From: Buchnera aphidicola (Floraphis choui) | GTDB lineage: Bacteria; Pseudomonadota; Gammaproteobacteria; Enterobacterales; Enterobacteriaceae | Direction of reading: 5' to 3' | Assembly: GCA_039830045.1 (NCBI GenBank) | Contig: CP140044.1 | Location: 150,452 to 214,451 of the forward strand | Length of the DNA stretch: 64,000 nucleotides | In this document: in pieces, positions 45,377-56,631 of the stretch | Position numbering within the stretch: the stretch's first letter is position 1 | Layout of the letters: every line of letters starts with the position of its first letter | The notes under the pieces: model-generated | What the model was told of the DNA's origin: nothing | Database searches by the model: none | Seen by the model: the letters and a program-made list of their open reading frames with translations, nothing else | Position numbers and translations under genes: made by a program

Positions 45377-45940
45377 TTATATTTCTTTTTTGATTTTTAC
45401 TATAGCTTTTCGAATTATTTTTCCTTGACATATATAACCATCTCGAATTATTGAAGATACATAGTATGTATCAGTATCATTTATTATTTCATTAGATTCA
45501 GTTTGATGTAATGATGTGTTAAATTTTATATTTTTTTCTTTTTCTATAATTAGATCAAATTTTTGAACTATATTGAGTAATGATTTTAATGTTAATGAAA
45601 TTCCTTCAATAATTTTGTTATGTTTAATATTTAGTTTATATGCAATATTTTTTATATTTTTTAAGCTATCCAATATTGGAATTAGATGAGTACAAAAATA
45701 TTGTAATTGCGTTTTTTTGATTTCGTGTATTTTTTTATTAACGTTTTTTTTTATATTTTCTATTTCAGCTTGTTCTCGTAACTTTATATTAATAATATCT
45801 TTTTTTATATTGAGTATTGTATTATTTAATTGGTTAATATCGTTAAAAGAATTGCATTTATGCGTATTAATTTTTTCTTTTTTTGTAATATCTTTTTTAT
45901 CACTTTGGATAGAATCTAAATTTTCGTTTTTATGATTCAT
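45377..45940 (-). CDS. grpE: nucleotide exchange factor GrpE
   Basis: 187-aa ORF with a coiled-coil N-half (REQAEIENIKKN) and a C-terminal beta domain ending GKIIRKAIVKI, the typical GrpE architecture. Highly diverged and Lys/Asn/Ile-rich. Confidence 0.85.
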   Translation of the reverse strand: MNHKNENLDSIQSDKKDITKKEKINTHKCNSFNDINQLNNTILNIKKDIINIKLREQAEIENIKKNVNKKIHEIKKTQLQYFCTHLIPILDSLKNIKNIAYKLNIKHNKIIEGISLTLKSLLNIVQKFDLIIEKEKNIKFNTSLHQTESNEIINDTDTYYVSSIIRDGYICQGKIIRKAIVKIKKEI

Positions 45941-46056
45941 AAATTTTACCTGTATTTAAGTATTTGTATTTATTAAATTTTAAGAATGAAAATGAATTAT
46001 TAAGTATTATATATTAAATTAACAATATATAATTTTATTATAAAGGAACTAATTTC

Positions 46057-46926
46057 GTGAAACAATATTTTCATTGCATTGGAATAGTAGGTTATCCTCG
46101 TCATTTTAGTGCATTATCTACACATAAAATTCTTTATCATTGGTTAAAAAAAAATTATCATGTTATTATTGAAGACAAAGTAGCAGGTCAGTTAGGTTTA
46201 AAAAATATTAATATTGATTCGCTATCCAATATAGGAAAACAATGTGACTTAGTAATAGTTGTGGGTGGTGATGGAAATATGTTATATACTGCTCGTATAT
46301 TATCTTCTTATAAAATAAAAATTATTGGCATTAATAGGGGAAAATTAGGTTTTCTAACCGATTTAAACCCTGATACTGCATTAAAACAGTTATTGTGTGT
46401 TTTGTCTGGAGAATATATTCAGGAAAATCGTTTTTTATTAGAAGTAAAAGTAGTTAAAAAAAATGGATTATTTTCAATAAGTAAAGCTATTAATGAAATA
46501 GTATTACATGCTGAACATGTAGCGCATATGATAGATTTTGAAGTATATATTAACGGTGATTTTGCTTTTTCTCAACGTTCAGATGGTTTAATTATTTCTA
46601 CTCCTACGGGATCAACTGGGTACTCACTTTCTGCTGGTGGTCCAATTTTAGTTACTTCATTAGAAGCTATTGTACTAGTTCCTATGTTTCCTCATACTTT
46701 ATCGTCTCGTCCTTTAGTTATTAATAGCACTAGTACAATTCATTTAAAATGTATGGAAACTACATCGAAATTAAAAATTAGTTGTGATAGTCAGATAATA
46801 TTGTCAGTAGATAAACATGATATAATTGTGGTTAAAAGAAGTAATGATTTTTTGTGTTTGATACATCCTAAAAATTATAGCTATTTTAAAATGTTAAGTT
46901 CTAAATTAAATTGGTCAAAAAAATAA
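46057..46926 (+). CDS. nadK: NAD kinase
   Basis: 289-aa ORF with a GTG start. Motifs [15 protein letters not shown] and [19 protein letters not shown]-terminus [10 protein letters not shown] matches E. coli LSTKLGWSKK. Confidence 0.95.
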   Translation: MKQYFHCIGIVGYPRHFSALSTHKILYHWLKKNYHVIIEDKVAGQLGLKNINIDSLSNIGKQCDLVIVVGGDGNMLYTARILSSYKIKIIGINRGKLGFLTDLNPDTALKQLLCVLSGEYIQENRFLLEVKVVKKNGLFSISKAINEIVLHAEHVAHMIDFEVYINGDFAFSQRSDGLIISTPTGSTGYSLSAGGPILVTSLEAIVLVPMFPHTLSSRPLVINSTSTIHLKCMETTSKLKISCDSQIILSVDKHDIIVVKRSNDFLCLIHPKNYSYFKMLSSKLNWSKK

Positions 46927-47103
46927 TCTTTTAATATTTAAACAAATTGTATATTAATAATAATAGAATTTTAATATAAAATATGCTCCTAAATATATTT
47001 AGATAAAATAATTTTATCTTAATTAAAATTTTTATCTATTTTTTATAGAATGTTATTCTATTTTAAAAGTAAAAAGATTTGAGTTTATACTAGTTTTTAT
47101 TTG

Positions 47104-47466
47104 TGGAGCTGGCGGGATTCGAACCCGCGTCCAAAATTTTTACGACTTCAGTACTACATGCTTAGTCTATTACATTGTTGTTTTTATCTATAAACGTATA
47201 GACGCGCTATAGATTTTCGCTTATTATAATTTTAACGATTAAAGTAATAAGCATAACTTTAATTCGCGATCTCTTTCTAATTAACCTCTAACTTTTTTAT
47301 TTTAAGAGAAAAATAAAAAATGAGGGCTTTAAATTCAGTTTATTAAGCTGCTAAAGCATAAGTTTTATTTTTTGCTATTATAATTTTACGGCTTTTAACG
47401 AGGCAAACCGCTCCTCGGCATGCACTTTTAGTTTTCAATAATTTTGTCGAATCCAAAATCAGCCCC
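47104..47466 (-). ncRNA. ssrA: tmRNA (SsrA)
   Basis: The minus strand starts GGGGCUGAUUUUGGAUUCGAC and ends GGACGCGGGUUCGAAUCCCGCCAGCUCCA (tRNA-Ala-like acceptor and T arm). Tag ORF GCA AAA AAU AAA ACU UAU GCU UUA GCA GCU UAA UAA at 47375..47340 encodes AKNKTYALAA. The genomic sequence after the discriminator is CAA, so the CCA end is not fully encoded. Confidence 0.93.
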
Positions 47467-47590
47467 TCTTAAGGATTATATAATAAAAAATAGCTATAAT
47501 CTAGTAGTAAATTTTCGATATTTAAAATATAAACAATAATTATGTAATTTTAATGTTGTAATTTTCAAAAATATATAGGAATAAAGTTAT

Positions 47591-47905
47591 ATGAATACTA
47601 TAAAAAAAATTCAAGATCAAATTAAAAAAAATCCTATTCTAATTTATATAAAAGGATCTCCTGAATCTCCTAGTTGTGGTTTTTCTGCTCAAGCTATTCA
47701 AGCTTTATCTTCATGTTGTGAAAAATTTGCATATATTGATATTCTTAAACACTCAGACATTCGAATTGAATTACCAAAATATGCTAATTGGCCAACTTTT
47801 CCACAATTATGGATAAATGGAAAACTTATAGGTGGTTGTAATATTATTTTAGAATTATTTAATAGTGGAGAATTAAAACGTTTAGTTACAGAAGCAACTA
47901 AATAA
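47591..47905 (+). CDS. grxD: monothiol glutaredoxin 4
   Basis: 104-aa ORF with the CGFS active site (SPSCGFS) and WPTFPQLWING motif. Confidence 0.95.
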   Translation: MNTIKKIQDQIKKNPILIYIKGSPESPSCGFSAQAIQALSSCCEKFAYIDILKHSDIRIELPKYANWPTFPQLWINGKLIGGCNIILELFNSGELKRLVTEATK

Positions 47906-48026
47906 TTTCATTATATTTAATAAAATATTGAAAATATTAAAATACGATCATTCTAAAAGATCAATAATCTTATTTAATAAAAAAGTAAGTTTAATGATAA
48001 TTGTATGTTTTAATTTAAAACATTAA

Positions 48027-48665
48027 TTATTGATTATTGGGTGGCCATCCACCCAATTTTTTCCACTGGTTTACTATTTTACAAAATAAATTAGCTGTTT
48101 TTTTTGTGTCATATAAAGCTGAATGTGCTTGATTATTATCAAATTTTAATCCAATTGCTTTACATGCTCTTGCTAAAACTGTCTGTCCCACTGCGAGCCC
48201 ACTTAATGTAGCAGTATCAAAGATGACAAATGGATGAAATGGATTATTTTTTATTTTATTTCTTTCAATAGCAGCCATAAGAAAATTATAGTCAAATATT
48301 GCATTATGAGCTACAATAATACTTTTGCTACATTTTTGTTTTTGAATTCCATTATGAATTAATTGAAATATAGAATTTAATGCTTTATATTCACTAATAG
48401 CACCACGTAATGGGTTAAAAGGATCAATTTTATTAAATGCAATAGCATTAGGATCAATAATTGATCCTACGAAAGGTTTTATATGATAGTGTAGTAAAGT
48501 TTCTTGTTCTAATAATCCTAGTGAATTCATTTTTAGTGTAATAACGGCAATTTCTAGTATTGCATTTATTTTTGAATTAAATCCAGAAGTTTCAATATCT
48601 ATAACTACAGGATAAAAAGTTCGAAAGCGTTTTTTTAAGAAGTATTTTTTTTTAGTTGTACACAT
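48027..48665 (-). CDS. rnt: ribonuclease T
   Basis: 212-aa ORF with DEDDh exonuclease motifs ([26 protein letters not shown]). Confidence 0.93.
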   Translation of the reverse strand: MCTTKKKYFLKKRFRTFYPVVIDIETSGFNSKINAILEIAVITLKMNSLGLLEQETLLHYHIKPFVGSIIDPNAIAFNKIDPFNPLRGAISEYKALNSIFQLIHNGIQKQKCSKSIIVAHNAIFDYNFLMAAIERNKIKNNPFHPFVIFDTATLSGLAVGQTVLARACKAIGLKFDNNQAHSALYDTKKTANLFCKIVNQWKKLGGWPPNNQ

Positions 48666-48890
48666 TAGGTTTTTGTTTTATTATTAAATATATTTAATTC
48701 TTTGTTATTTTCTGTATAATATAGCATTAAGTTGTTTATATTTTATAAATAATTATTACAAGTGTAATACATGATTTCGACGTTAAATCGTTAACTTATA
48801 ATTATATTGTATTTTAGTAATTAAAACTGTGAAATTTCTAAAATAAAATTTTTTAAAACATAAATACATTATTATCTATAGGATTATAAA

Positions 48891-49502
48891 ATGAGTTATA
48901 TTTTGCCGTTACTTCCTTATTCTTATGATAGTTTAGAACCATATTTAGATGAAAAAACGATGAGAATTCATCATACTAAACATCATCAAGCATATATAAA
49001 TAATACAAATGATATATTATATGATAGCGATTTTGTGAATTTATCTATTGAAGACTTAGTTTCCAAATTAAATTCTATAAACGTTAGTAATAAAATAGGG
49101 TTACGAAATAATGCAGGTGGACATGCAAATCATAGTTTATTTTGGAAGATATTAAAAATCGGAACTGTTTTAAAAGGTAATTTTAAAATTGTTCTTGAAA
49201 ATAATTTTGGTTCTATTGAAAACTTTAAAAAAAAATTTGAAACAGTTGCTATGAGTCATTTTGGCTCTGGTTGGGTTTGGTTGGTTAAACAAAATAAAAA
49301 GTTATTTATTTCTACTACTATGAATCAAGATACTCCATTGATGGGAAAAGATATATCTGGAATATCTGGTTTTCCTATATTTGGTCTAGATATTTGGGAA
49401 CATGCTTATTATTTAAAGTACCAAAATAGACGGATAGATTACATACGTGCTTTTTGGAATATATTAGATTGGAATGAAGTTAGTAACAGATTTAATGGGT
49501 AA
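48891..49502 (+). CDS. sodA: superoxide dismutase (Mn type)
   Basis: 203-aa ORF with [19 protein letters not shown] and [13 protein letters not shown] metal-ligand motifs. Confidence 0.95.
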   Translation: MSYILPLLPYSYDSLEPYLDEKTMRIHHTKHHQAYINNTNDILYDSDFVNLSIEDLVSKLNSINVSNKIGLRNNAGGHANHSLFWKILKIGTVLKGNFKIVLENNFGSIENFKKKFETVAMSHFGSGWVWLVKQNKKLFISTTMNQDTPLMGKDISGISGFPIFGLDIWEHAYYLKYQNRRIDYIRAFWNILDWNEVSNRFNG

Positions 49503-49643
49503 TAAATTTAATTTTATAAGAAATTATGTTTTTTAGAAAATGTAATTTTTAAAATTAAAAAGATTTATTAGTGTTTTTTAAATAAATGTGTAATTAAAAT
49601 ATGCATTTGTTAAAGTTTAATAATTTTATATTATGGAATTAAG

Positions 49644-50234
49644 TTGAAAAACATTAAATTGATAGCTGGATTAGCTAATCCGATTATCAAGTATGATAAT
49701 ACTAGGCATAATGTAGGTTCTTGGTTTATTCGGAGTTTAGCTAATTATCATAATCAAGTTTTAAAAAAAAATAAAAAGCTTTCAGGATATACTGCATCTC
49801 TTGTGTATTTTAATTGTAAAGTACGCTTATTTATTCCTAATGAATTTATGAATTTGAGTGGTAGGTCTATTTTAACGGTTTCTGATTTTTATCAAATTAA
49901 ATTAGATGAAATTTTAATTATTCATGATGAATTAGATTTAAATCCTGGATTAATTCGACTAAAATTAGGTAGTGGACATAATGGTCATAATGGAATAAGA
50001 AATATTATTAATGTGTTATCAAAGAAGAACAATTTTTTAAGAATACAAATTGGTATTGGTCGTCCTGATAAATTAGTAGAAATATCTGATTTTGTTTTAT
50101 CTTCTCCAACATTAGAAGAAGAATACTTAATTAAGAAATCTATATTGAGCGCGATCGATGTGGTTCATATCTTAATAAAAGAAAGAGACATTTTGATAGC
50201 ACAAAAATTTTTAAAAAATAAAGTTAAGCGTTAA
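49644..50234 (+). CDS. pth: peptidyl-tRNA hydrolase
   Basis: 196-aa ORF. (M)KNIKLIAGLANP...TRHNVG matches E. coli MTIKLIVGLANP...TRHNAG, and HDELDL and GHNGHNG are present. Only a TTG (49644) is available as an in-frame start; the nearby ATG 49634 is out of frame and terminates at once. Confidence 0.92.
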   Translation: MKNIKLIAGLANPIIKYDNTRHNVGSWFIRSLANYHNQVLKKNKKLSGYTASLVYFNCKVRLFIPNEFMNLSGRSILTVSDFYQIKLDEILIIHDELDLNPGLIRLKLGSGHNGHNGIRNIINVLSKKNNFLRIQIGIGRPDKLVEISDFVLSSPTLEEEYLIKKSILSAIDVVHILIKERDILIAQKFLKNKVKR

Positions 50235-50308
50235 ACAATGCATTAAAAAACAAAATGTAAATTTTAAAATGAAATGTTTCTTATCTTTTAATAAGGTAAA
50301 CAATTGTT

Positions 50309-51397
50309 ATGAGTTTTAAATGTGGTTTAGTAGGGCTGCCAAATGTTGGTAAATCAACTATATTTAATAGCTTGACAAATCTGAATGCTCTAGCAGAAAA
50401 TTTTCCATTTTGTACTATTAAACCTAATGTTGGGATAATTTTGGTTTCTGATAATCGTTTAAATATTATTTCTAATATAGTTAATTCTAACTGCATTATT
50501 CCTACATATATAGAATTAGTAGATATAGCTGGATTAGTTCAAGGAGCGCATAAGGGAGAAGGACTAGGTAATAAATTTTTAAGTCATATAAGACAAACAG
50601 ATTTAATTATTCATGTAGTTCGAGGGTTTAAAAATGATAGAATTATTCATATTTATGGCCGAATAAATCCTATTGATGATATCGAAATAATTAATTTAGA
50701 GTTAACATTGTCTGATTTTGAAATTTGTAAGAATAGAATAAATAAACTTAAAAAGGATCATTTATTACGAAAAATTATTGTAGATCAAGAATTAGAAATA
50801 TTGTATCGTTGTTTAAGTTGTTTACAAAAGAATAAGTTTTTAAAACTATTAGATTTAACTATAGAAGAAATATTTGTTATTGATCATTTAAAATTTATTA
50901 CATTAAAACCTATGATTTATGTTGTTAATGTTAGTCGAAATTCTCATAATAATGTATGTATAGAAAATATTTATGATTTATCAAAAAAACAGAATGCTAG
51001 TGTTTTAGTAGTTTTTATGGATTTTTTTCGCGGTAATTTTGCAAAGAATGATAAAAGTGAAAAATTTAAAGTCTTAGAATCAGATTTAGAGGAATCAGGT
51101 TTAAGTTCTATTGCTGCTCTTGGACACAAATTACTAAAATTGAAGACATTTTTTACTGCTGGGAAAAAAGAGGTTCGTGCATGGACAACGATTAGTGGCA
51201 TTGAAATTTTCAAGTCAGTAAGGTGTATTCATACAGATTTAAGTAAAGGTTTTATTCGAGCTCAAGTAATTTCATATCCTGATTTTATACGATATGGAGG
51301 AGAAAAGAATTCTAAAAAGTTTGGAAAAATGAGAATCGAAGGAAGACAATATCATATTCATGATGGAGATATCATTCACATTCTGCATAAAATATAA
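50309..51397 (+). CDS. ychF: ribosome-binding ATPase YchF
   Basis: 362-aa ORF with P-loop GLPNVGKST and a C-terminal TGS-like domain (FTAGKKEVRAWT, FIRAQVI). Follows pth as in E. coli. Confidence 0.95.
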   Translation: MSFKCGLVGLPNVGKSTIFNSLTNLNALAENFPFCTIKPNVGIILVSDNRLNIISNIVNSNCIIPTYIELVDIAGLVQGAHKGEGLGNKFLSHIRQTDLIIHVVRGFKNDRIIHIYGRINPIDDIEIINLELTLSDFEICKNRINKLKKDHLLRKIIVDQELEILYRCLSCLQKNKFLKLLDLTIEEIFVIDHLKFITLKPMIYVVNVSRNSHNNVCIENIYDLSKKQNASVLVVFMDFFRGNFAKNDKSEKFKVLESDLEESGLSSIAALGHKLLKLKTFFTAGKKEVRAWTTISGIEIFKSVRCIHTDLSKGFIRAQVISYPDFIRYGGEKNSKKFGKMRIEGRQYHIHDGDIIHILHKI

Positions 51398-51461
51398 ATA
51401 TATATTATTTCTTAAAAAAATGTTTTAAAAGATATAATAAATATTTACGTTTTTAGTATTT

Positions 51462-51494
51462 TGTATATAGAGAGCAGATATTTCTCTATATACA
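51462..51494. terminator. hairpin between convergent ychF and thrC
   Basis: 12-bp stem tgtatatagaga (51462-51473) / tctctatataca (51483-51494) with a 9-nt loop. It is the only strong structure in the 106-nt convergent spacer. Confidence 0.5.
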
Positions 51495-51503
51495 TGTAAT
51501 ATT

Positions 51504-52796
51504 TTATTTTTTTAATAAAAATTTTTTCAGTATTGAAAAGTTAGGGCGAATATTATAAGATAAAATTGGTAATTTGATTCGATTCGATAATTCTTCTGGT
51601 AAAGATAAAGTTATTTTTAATATTTTTTCTACAGTATTTTTAAATTTAGATGGATGCGCAGTACCTAGGAATAACCCAAATTCATCATCTTTCAATTGAG
51701 CTTTTAATAAATTATATGCTATTGCTGCATGTGGTTCAGAAATATAACCTTGTTGTTTTAGATCTTTTAAGCTTTCTTCTGTTGATTTGTCAGAGACACT
51801 ACCAAATCTTAGTTTGTTCAACGACCATTCTTTTCTTTTATATAATTCTTCTACTCTTGGCCAATTATTCGGTTGGCTGATGTCCATAGCATTAGAAATT
51901 GTTGATACAGTATTCTTAGGTAGCCATTTTCCTGTATTAAGAAATCTTGGAACTGTATCATTAGAATTAGTAGCAGCTATAAATGATTTTATAGGGAGTC
52001 CTAAGGATTTTGCTAGTAAGCCTGCAGTAATATTTCCAAAATTTCCACAAGGAATAGATATAACTAAATTTTTTTTTTGTTCATTAGTAATTAAAGAAAA
52101 AGCTTCGAAGTAATAGCATATTTGTGCAAATAATCTACTAATATTAATTGAATTAGCAGAGTTAAGTCCAATCAACTTTTTAAGTTCATAATCTTTAAAT
52201 GCTTGTTTAACTAGATTTTGGCATTCGTCAAAACTACCGTTAACTGAAATAGTTATTATATTTTCTCCTAATGTACAAAATAATTTTTCTTGTAATTCGC
52301 TAATTCTTCCTTTAGGATAAAGAATTATTACTCTAACGTTTTTCATATTATAAAATGCATGAGCTACTGCTGCTCCTGTGTCTCCTGACGTTGCTGTTAA
52401 AATTGTTATGGTTTCATTTTTATCATGATTTAGAAAAGAAATGACTTGAGCCATAAATCTTGCTCCAAAATCTTTAAAGGCAAGTGTAGGTCCATGAAAA
52501 AGTTCACAACAAGATATGTTTTGTGAAATTGGTATAATAATTGGTGTGGTACAAGAAAAGGCTGAATTAACTTGTTCTTCTAAATCAGAAGCGCAAATTT
52601 CATCTCCTATAATAGTAGATAATATTTTACTACTTCGTTTTAAAAAATTCATTTCTAACAATTCTAAAAGTTCTTCACGTGGAATTACTGGTAGTTCTTT
52701 TGGAAAAAATAAACCCTGTTTTTTTCCTAATCCTAATTTTACAGCTGTAGAAAAATTAATTTCTTCTTTTTTATCTTTTAGATTATAAAGTTTCAT
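51504..52796 (-). CDS. thrC: threonine synthase
   Basis: 430-aa ORF with the PLP-lysine motif FHGPTLAFKD and ATSGDTGAA. Colinear with E. coli ThrC. Confidence 0.95.
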   Translation of the reverse strand: MKLYNLKDKKEEINFSTAVKLGLGKKQGLFFPKELPVIPREELLELLEMNFLKRSSKILSTIIGDEICASDLEEQVNSAFSCTTPIIIPISQNISCCELFHGPTLAFKDFGARFMAQVISFLNHDKNETITILTATSGDTGAAVAHAFYNMKNVRVIILYPKGRISELQEKLFCTLGENIITISVNGSFDECQNLVKQAFKDYELKKLIGLNSANSINISRLFAQICYYFEAFSLITNEQKKNLVISIPCGNFGNITAGLLAKSLGLPIKSFIAATNSNDTVPRFLNTGKWLPKNTVSTISNAMDISQPNNWPRVEELYKRKEWSLNKLRFGSVSDKSTEESLKDLKQQGYISEPHAAIAYNLLKAQLKDDEFGLFLGTAHPSKFKNTVEKILKITLSLPEELSNRIKLPILSYNIRPNFSILKKFLLKK

Positions 52797-52798
52797 AT

Positions 52799-53728
52799 TT
52801 ATCCTATTTGACGAGTACCTATAGCATCTAATTTACAAATATGTACAAATCCTTGTTTAGTTTGTAAGTAATTATCATTAAGCCACTTTTTTATATTTTT
52901 TGCAGTTTTTAAGTTATCAGAAATAGCAAAAATTGTTGGTCCAGATCCTGATATTCCACATCCTATAGCTCCTAGTTTTTTTATTTCTTTTTTTGTTTTT
53001 AAAAAATTAGGTAATAATTTAATTCGATATGGTTCAGCAATAACATCATTCATGAGTTGTGAAGCTAATTTTGGTTGCTCTGTATATAAGGAATGAATAA
53101 ATCCAGCTAAATAACGACTATGTTTTATGCAAATATCTTTACTATATTTTGGAGGTAGTATTGTTCTAGCATCTGCTGTTGTTATTTTAACTCCAGGCCA
53201 AGCAATGGTCCACAACCAATTTTTAAATATTGGTAGTTTTTGACATATAATATTATTTTTATTAATTATCAATTGCAATCCTCCTAAAAAACATGGTGCG
53301 ACGTTATCATAATGTATACTTCCAGATATTGAACCTTCTAAGTTTCCCATAAGGAGTAATAGTTCTGTTTTTTTAATAGGATAATTTAAGTATGTATTCA
53401 TAGCAATAATAGAAGCAACAACAGAACAGGCGCTGGATCCCAATCCAGATCCAATCGGCATATTTTTTTCAAGAATAATAGTTATTGGAATATTTTTATT
53501 AAGAAAAGAACAAAAATAATTCCAACATTTCCAAACTATATTTTTTTGAATATTGGTTGGTAGTTGATTTGAAAATATTCCTTTACTTATTAAATTAAAA
53601 GTATTTGAAGGAACAATTGTGACAATATCTCCTAATAATGATCCATCTATTGGTTCAATTGCAGCACCTAATACATCGAATCCAACTCCTACATTTCCAA
53701 TTGATGCAGGAGAGTAAATTTTTATCAT
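52799..53728 (-). CDS. thrB: homoserine kinase
   Basis: 309-aa ORF with GHMP kinase motif [12 protein letters not shown]. Lies between thrA and thrC. Confidence 0.95.
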   Translation of the reverse strand: MIKIYSPASIGNVGVGFDVLGAAIEPIDGSLLGDIVTIVPSNTFNLISKGIFSNQLPTNIQKNIVWKCWNYFCSFLNKNIPITIILEKNMPIGSGLGSSACSVVASIIAMNTYLNYPIKKTELLLLMGNLEGSISGSIHYDNVAPCFLGGLQLIINKNNIICQKLPIFKNWLWTIAWPGVKITTADARTILPPKYSKDICIKHSRYLAGFIHSLYTEQPKLASQLMNDVIAEPYRIKLLPNFLKTKKEIKKLGAIGCGISGSGPTIFAISDNLKTAKNIKKWLNDNYLQTKQGFVHICKLDAIGTRQIG

Positions 53729-53742
53729 TATTTAAACTCTTT

Positions 53743-56190
53743 TTATGATAGTATTCGTAATATATCGGAAAATACTCCAGCGGCAGTTACGTTATTTCCT
53801 GCACCGTATCCTCTTAATATTAATGGAATTGGTTGATAATATTTGCTATAAAAAGCTAATGCGTTTTCTCCATTTTTAATTTCGTATAATGGATCATTCT
53901 TGTCAACTTCATCTAATTTTACTTGACATTGTCCTCCTTTATTAATGATTCCAATAAATCTTAAAGTTTTTCCTAAAATTTTTGCTTTCCTTATTTTGTT
54001 AGAAAAAATTTGGTCTAGTTCTTTAAGTCGCATCATAAAATGAGTGGAATTTGAGATACAATTAAAGTCATCAGGTAATATAGGTTCAATTTTAATATCT
54101 TGTAGTTCTAAATCTAATCCACTTTCTCGAGCTAATATTAGCAATTTTCGTGCTACATCTATTCCAGAAAGATCATCTTTTGGGTTAGGCTCAGTAAATC
54201 CTAATTGTTGTGCTTGATTAGTAGCTTCAGATAGCAGTACATTTTCTTCTAATCGTCCAAAAATAAAAGATAATGATCCTGATAAAATTCCTCTGAAATG
54301 TATTAATTTATCACCAGAATGAAGTAAGTTTTTTAAATTTTCTATTATAGGTAGCCCGGCTCCAACATTTGTTTCATATAAAAATTTTTTATTAGAGCGT
54401 AATGAAGCTAATCTAATTTCTCGATAGTATTTTAAACTAGATGTATTAGCTTTTTTATTAGATGCAACTATGTTAAATCCGTTTGTAAGTAACTTAGGAT
54501 ACTGATTAGCTATTGTTTGATCGGAAGTACAGTCAATAATAATTGGATTAAGCAAATTATTATTTTTAGATAATTTTATTAAATTATTTATATCGAATAA
54601 TTCAGTAGACATAGAAAAACTTTTTTTCCAGCTATTTAAATCAATTCCATCTAAGTTTTTAAGAAATATTTTTGAGTTTGCAATTCCACAAACTTGTAAA
54701 TTAATATTTTGTGATTTCAACCGGTTTTTTTGCTGATTTAATTGATTAAGTAAAGTTTTTCCTACTCCTCCAATTCCAATTAAGAATAGCTCAATGACTT
54801 TATTATTATTAAATAAAATGTGGTGAATTATTTTAATTCCAGGTATAACAGAATCGTTTTTTACTACTATTGAAATAGAATTATTGGATGATCCTTGCCC
54901 AATAGAAAGTATATGTATGTTAGTTTTAGCTAGTGCTAAAAATATTTTAGAAAAAATGTTGTTTTGAATTTTTATTTTTGATCCTATTATAGATAAAATA
55001 GCTAATTTTTTAATTATTTTTATTGGCATTAATATTTTATTATTTAATTCTAATTTAAATTCGTTTTCTAATATATCATGAGTTTGTTGTACGTAATTAT
55101 TAAGTATACAAAAATTGATATTAAATTCTGAAGAAGCTTGTGTAATTAATATTATCCAAATTCCACTTGAAGATAGAACAGACAAAATTCGTGATGTAAT
55201 TGTAATTCTATCATGTATCCACGGTCCTGAAATATTAAACATAGCTATATCATTTAGATGAGCAATTCCTTTTATAGGCGTTGTATCGTCGTTAGGGTAT
55301 TCACATATCATAGTTCCAATAGCATTTGGATTTGCAGTATTCTTAATTAAGCATGGAATTTGAAATTGAGCAATGGGGGCAATAGTTTTTGGATGTAATA
55401 CTTTTGCTCCAAAATAAGATAGCTCCATGGCTTCTGTATAAGAAAGAGATTTTAGTAGCTTAGCATTTTCTACTTGTTTTGGATCACATGTATATATTCC
55501 ATCTACGTCAGTCCAAATTTCACAAATATTTCCTTTTAAACACACGGATAAAATCGCTGCAGAATAATCAGACCCATTACGTCCTAAAACAACTAATTCG
55601 TTGTTTTTATTTCCAGCAATAAATCCAGCCATTAATATAATATGATTTTTAGGTATGTTGATTGAATTAATTCTTTTTTTAGAAGTTTGAATGTCGATAG
55701 TAGAATCTAAATAACTTCCTATTGCTAGAAGATTTTTTGTAGGATCAATAGTGGTAACATTATGAAACATAGATTTGAGAATATTTTTCATAATAGTTAT
55801 AGATAACAATTCTCCACAACAAATTATTTTTGCACGGATGTTATCAGGACATTGATTTAATAAACTTATTCCATTAAAAATACTTTTTAACTTTAAAAAT
55901 TTTTTATTAATAGTTTCTTCAATATTTTTGTATGGAAAATTATTTTTTTGTTTTTGTAGATCATAAATTAGCTTAAGTAATATATTTTTTATTAAAGTTA
56001 TATTAGGCAATACGTTTTTATTTTTAATGGCTTGTTCAATTGTATCATTTAAAAAATTAGTAATTTTTTCAGGTGCAGACAGAACAACAGCTATTTGTTC
56101 TTTTTTAAAGCTATTTTCAATGATATTAGCTACAGATAAAAATTTTGTTGCGTTTGCAAGTGAAGATCCACCAAATTTAAGTATTTTCAT
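53743..56190 (-). CDS. thrA: bifunctional aspartokinase I / homoserine dehydrogenase I
   Basis: ATG 56190 ([14 protein letters not shown]) matches E. coli MRVLKFGGTSVANA and gives 815 aa. Aspartokinase, ACT and homoserine dehydrogenase regions (GIGGVG...) are present. The tracked ORF extends 30 non-homologous codons upstream to a TTG. Confidence 0.95.
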   Translation of the reverse strand: MKILKFGGSSLANATKFLSVANIIENSFKKEQIAVVLSAPEKITNFLNDTIEQAIKNKNVLPNITLIKNILLKLIYDLQKQKNNFPYKNIEETINKKFLKLKSIFNGISLLNQCPDNIRAKIICCGELLSITIMKNILKSMFHNVTTIDPTKNLLAIGSYLDSTIDIQTSKKRINSINIPKNHIILMAGFIAGNKNNELVVLGRNGSDYSAAILSVCLKGNICEIWTDVDGIYTCDPKQVENAKLLKSLSYTEAMELSYFGAKVLHPKTIAPIAQFQIPCLIKNTANPNAIGTMICEYPNDDTTPIKGIAHLNDIAMFNISGPWIHDRITITSRILSVLSSSGIWIILITQASSEFNINFCILNNYVQQTHDILENEFKLELNNKILMPIKIIKKLAILSIIGSKIKIQNNIFSKIFLALAKTNIHILSIGQGSSNNSISIVVKNDSVIPGIKIIHHILFNNNKVIELFLIGIGGVGKTLLNQLNQQKNRLKSQNINLQVCGIANSKIFLKNLDGIDLNSWKKSFSMSTELFDINNLIKLSKNNNLLNPIIIDCTSDQTIANQYPKLLTNGFNIVASNKKANTSSLKYYREIRLASLRSNKKFLYETNVGAGLPIIENLKNLLHSGDKLIHFRGILSGSLSFIFGRLEENVLLSEATNQAQQLGFTEPNPKDDLSGIDVARKLLILARESGLDLELQDIKIEPILPDDFNCISNSTHFMMRLKELDQIFSNKIRKAKILGKTLRFIGIINKGGQCQVKLDEVDKNDPLYEIKNGENALAFYSKYYQPIPLILRGYGAGNNVTAAGVFSDILRILS

Positions 56191-56631
56191 ATTTAGAGAA
56201 TTTCCTAAAGTAATATATAAGAAAAGCCCACACTTGACGAAAGGGTAAGCTCTTTTTATACATGTATAGTTTAATTTCAACTAATTTTAAATATATTATT
56301 TGAAATAAATATATTTTTGAATAAAAATTATATATTTTAGTTTTTAAATAAAGAATTTTATCTTATAATAATTTTAAATTTAAAGCATATTTGAATTATT
56401 ATTATCGTATATGATAAATTTATTACTTAATATATTATCATATCTATAATAAAATATTTTTATTTAATTAAATATGTACAATATTTAATTAAATATATTT
56501 TACATGATAAAAAAATATTTATCTTTGAATTTTTTTTAAATTACTATGATATAGTATAATGATAGTTTGGACATTAATTGTTAGTAATTTCATTAAAATT
56601 TTAATATGTTTATTGTGATAAAAGTAATATA

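Noticed and set aside
45941-46056. A possible sigma-32 promoter upstream of grpE (CTTAAAA-like -35)
   Set aside because: No CCCCAT-type -10 element is present at the right spacing. The match is indistinguishable from AT-rich background.
47104-47135. A tRNA-like T-arm (GGTTCGAATCC) suggesting a tRNA gene
   Set aside because: It is the 3' tRNA-like domain of the tmRNA. No other cloverleaf-compatible GC-rich segment was seen in the window, so no tRNA is called.
36214-56248. Other antisense ORFs inside nrdB, nrdA, gyrA, grpE, ychF, thrC and thrA (e.g. 40115..40621 at 168 aa, 51787..52113, 56027..56248), plus 25726..25962 in prs and 63511..63765 in secA
   Set aside because: All lie fully within strongly supported genes on the other strand. 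The 168-aa ORF in gyrA is the mirror of a conserved region and shows no independent signal such as its own start context or motifs.
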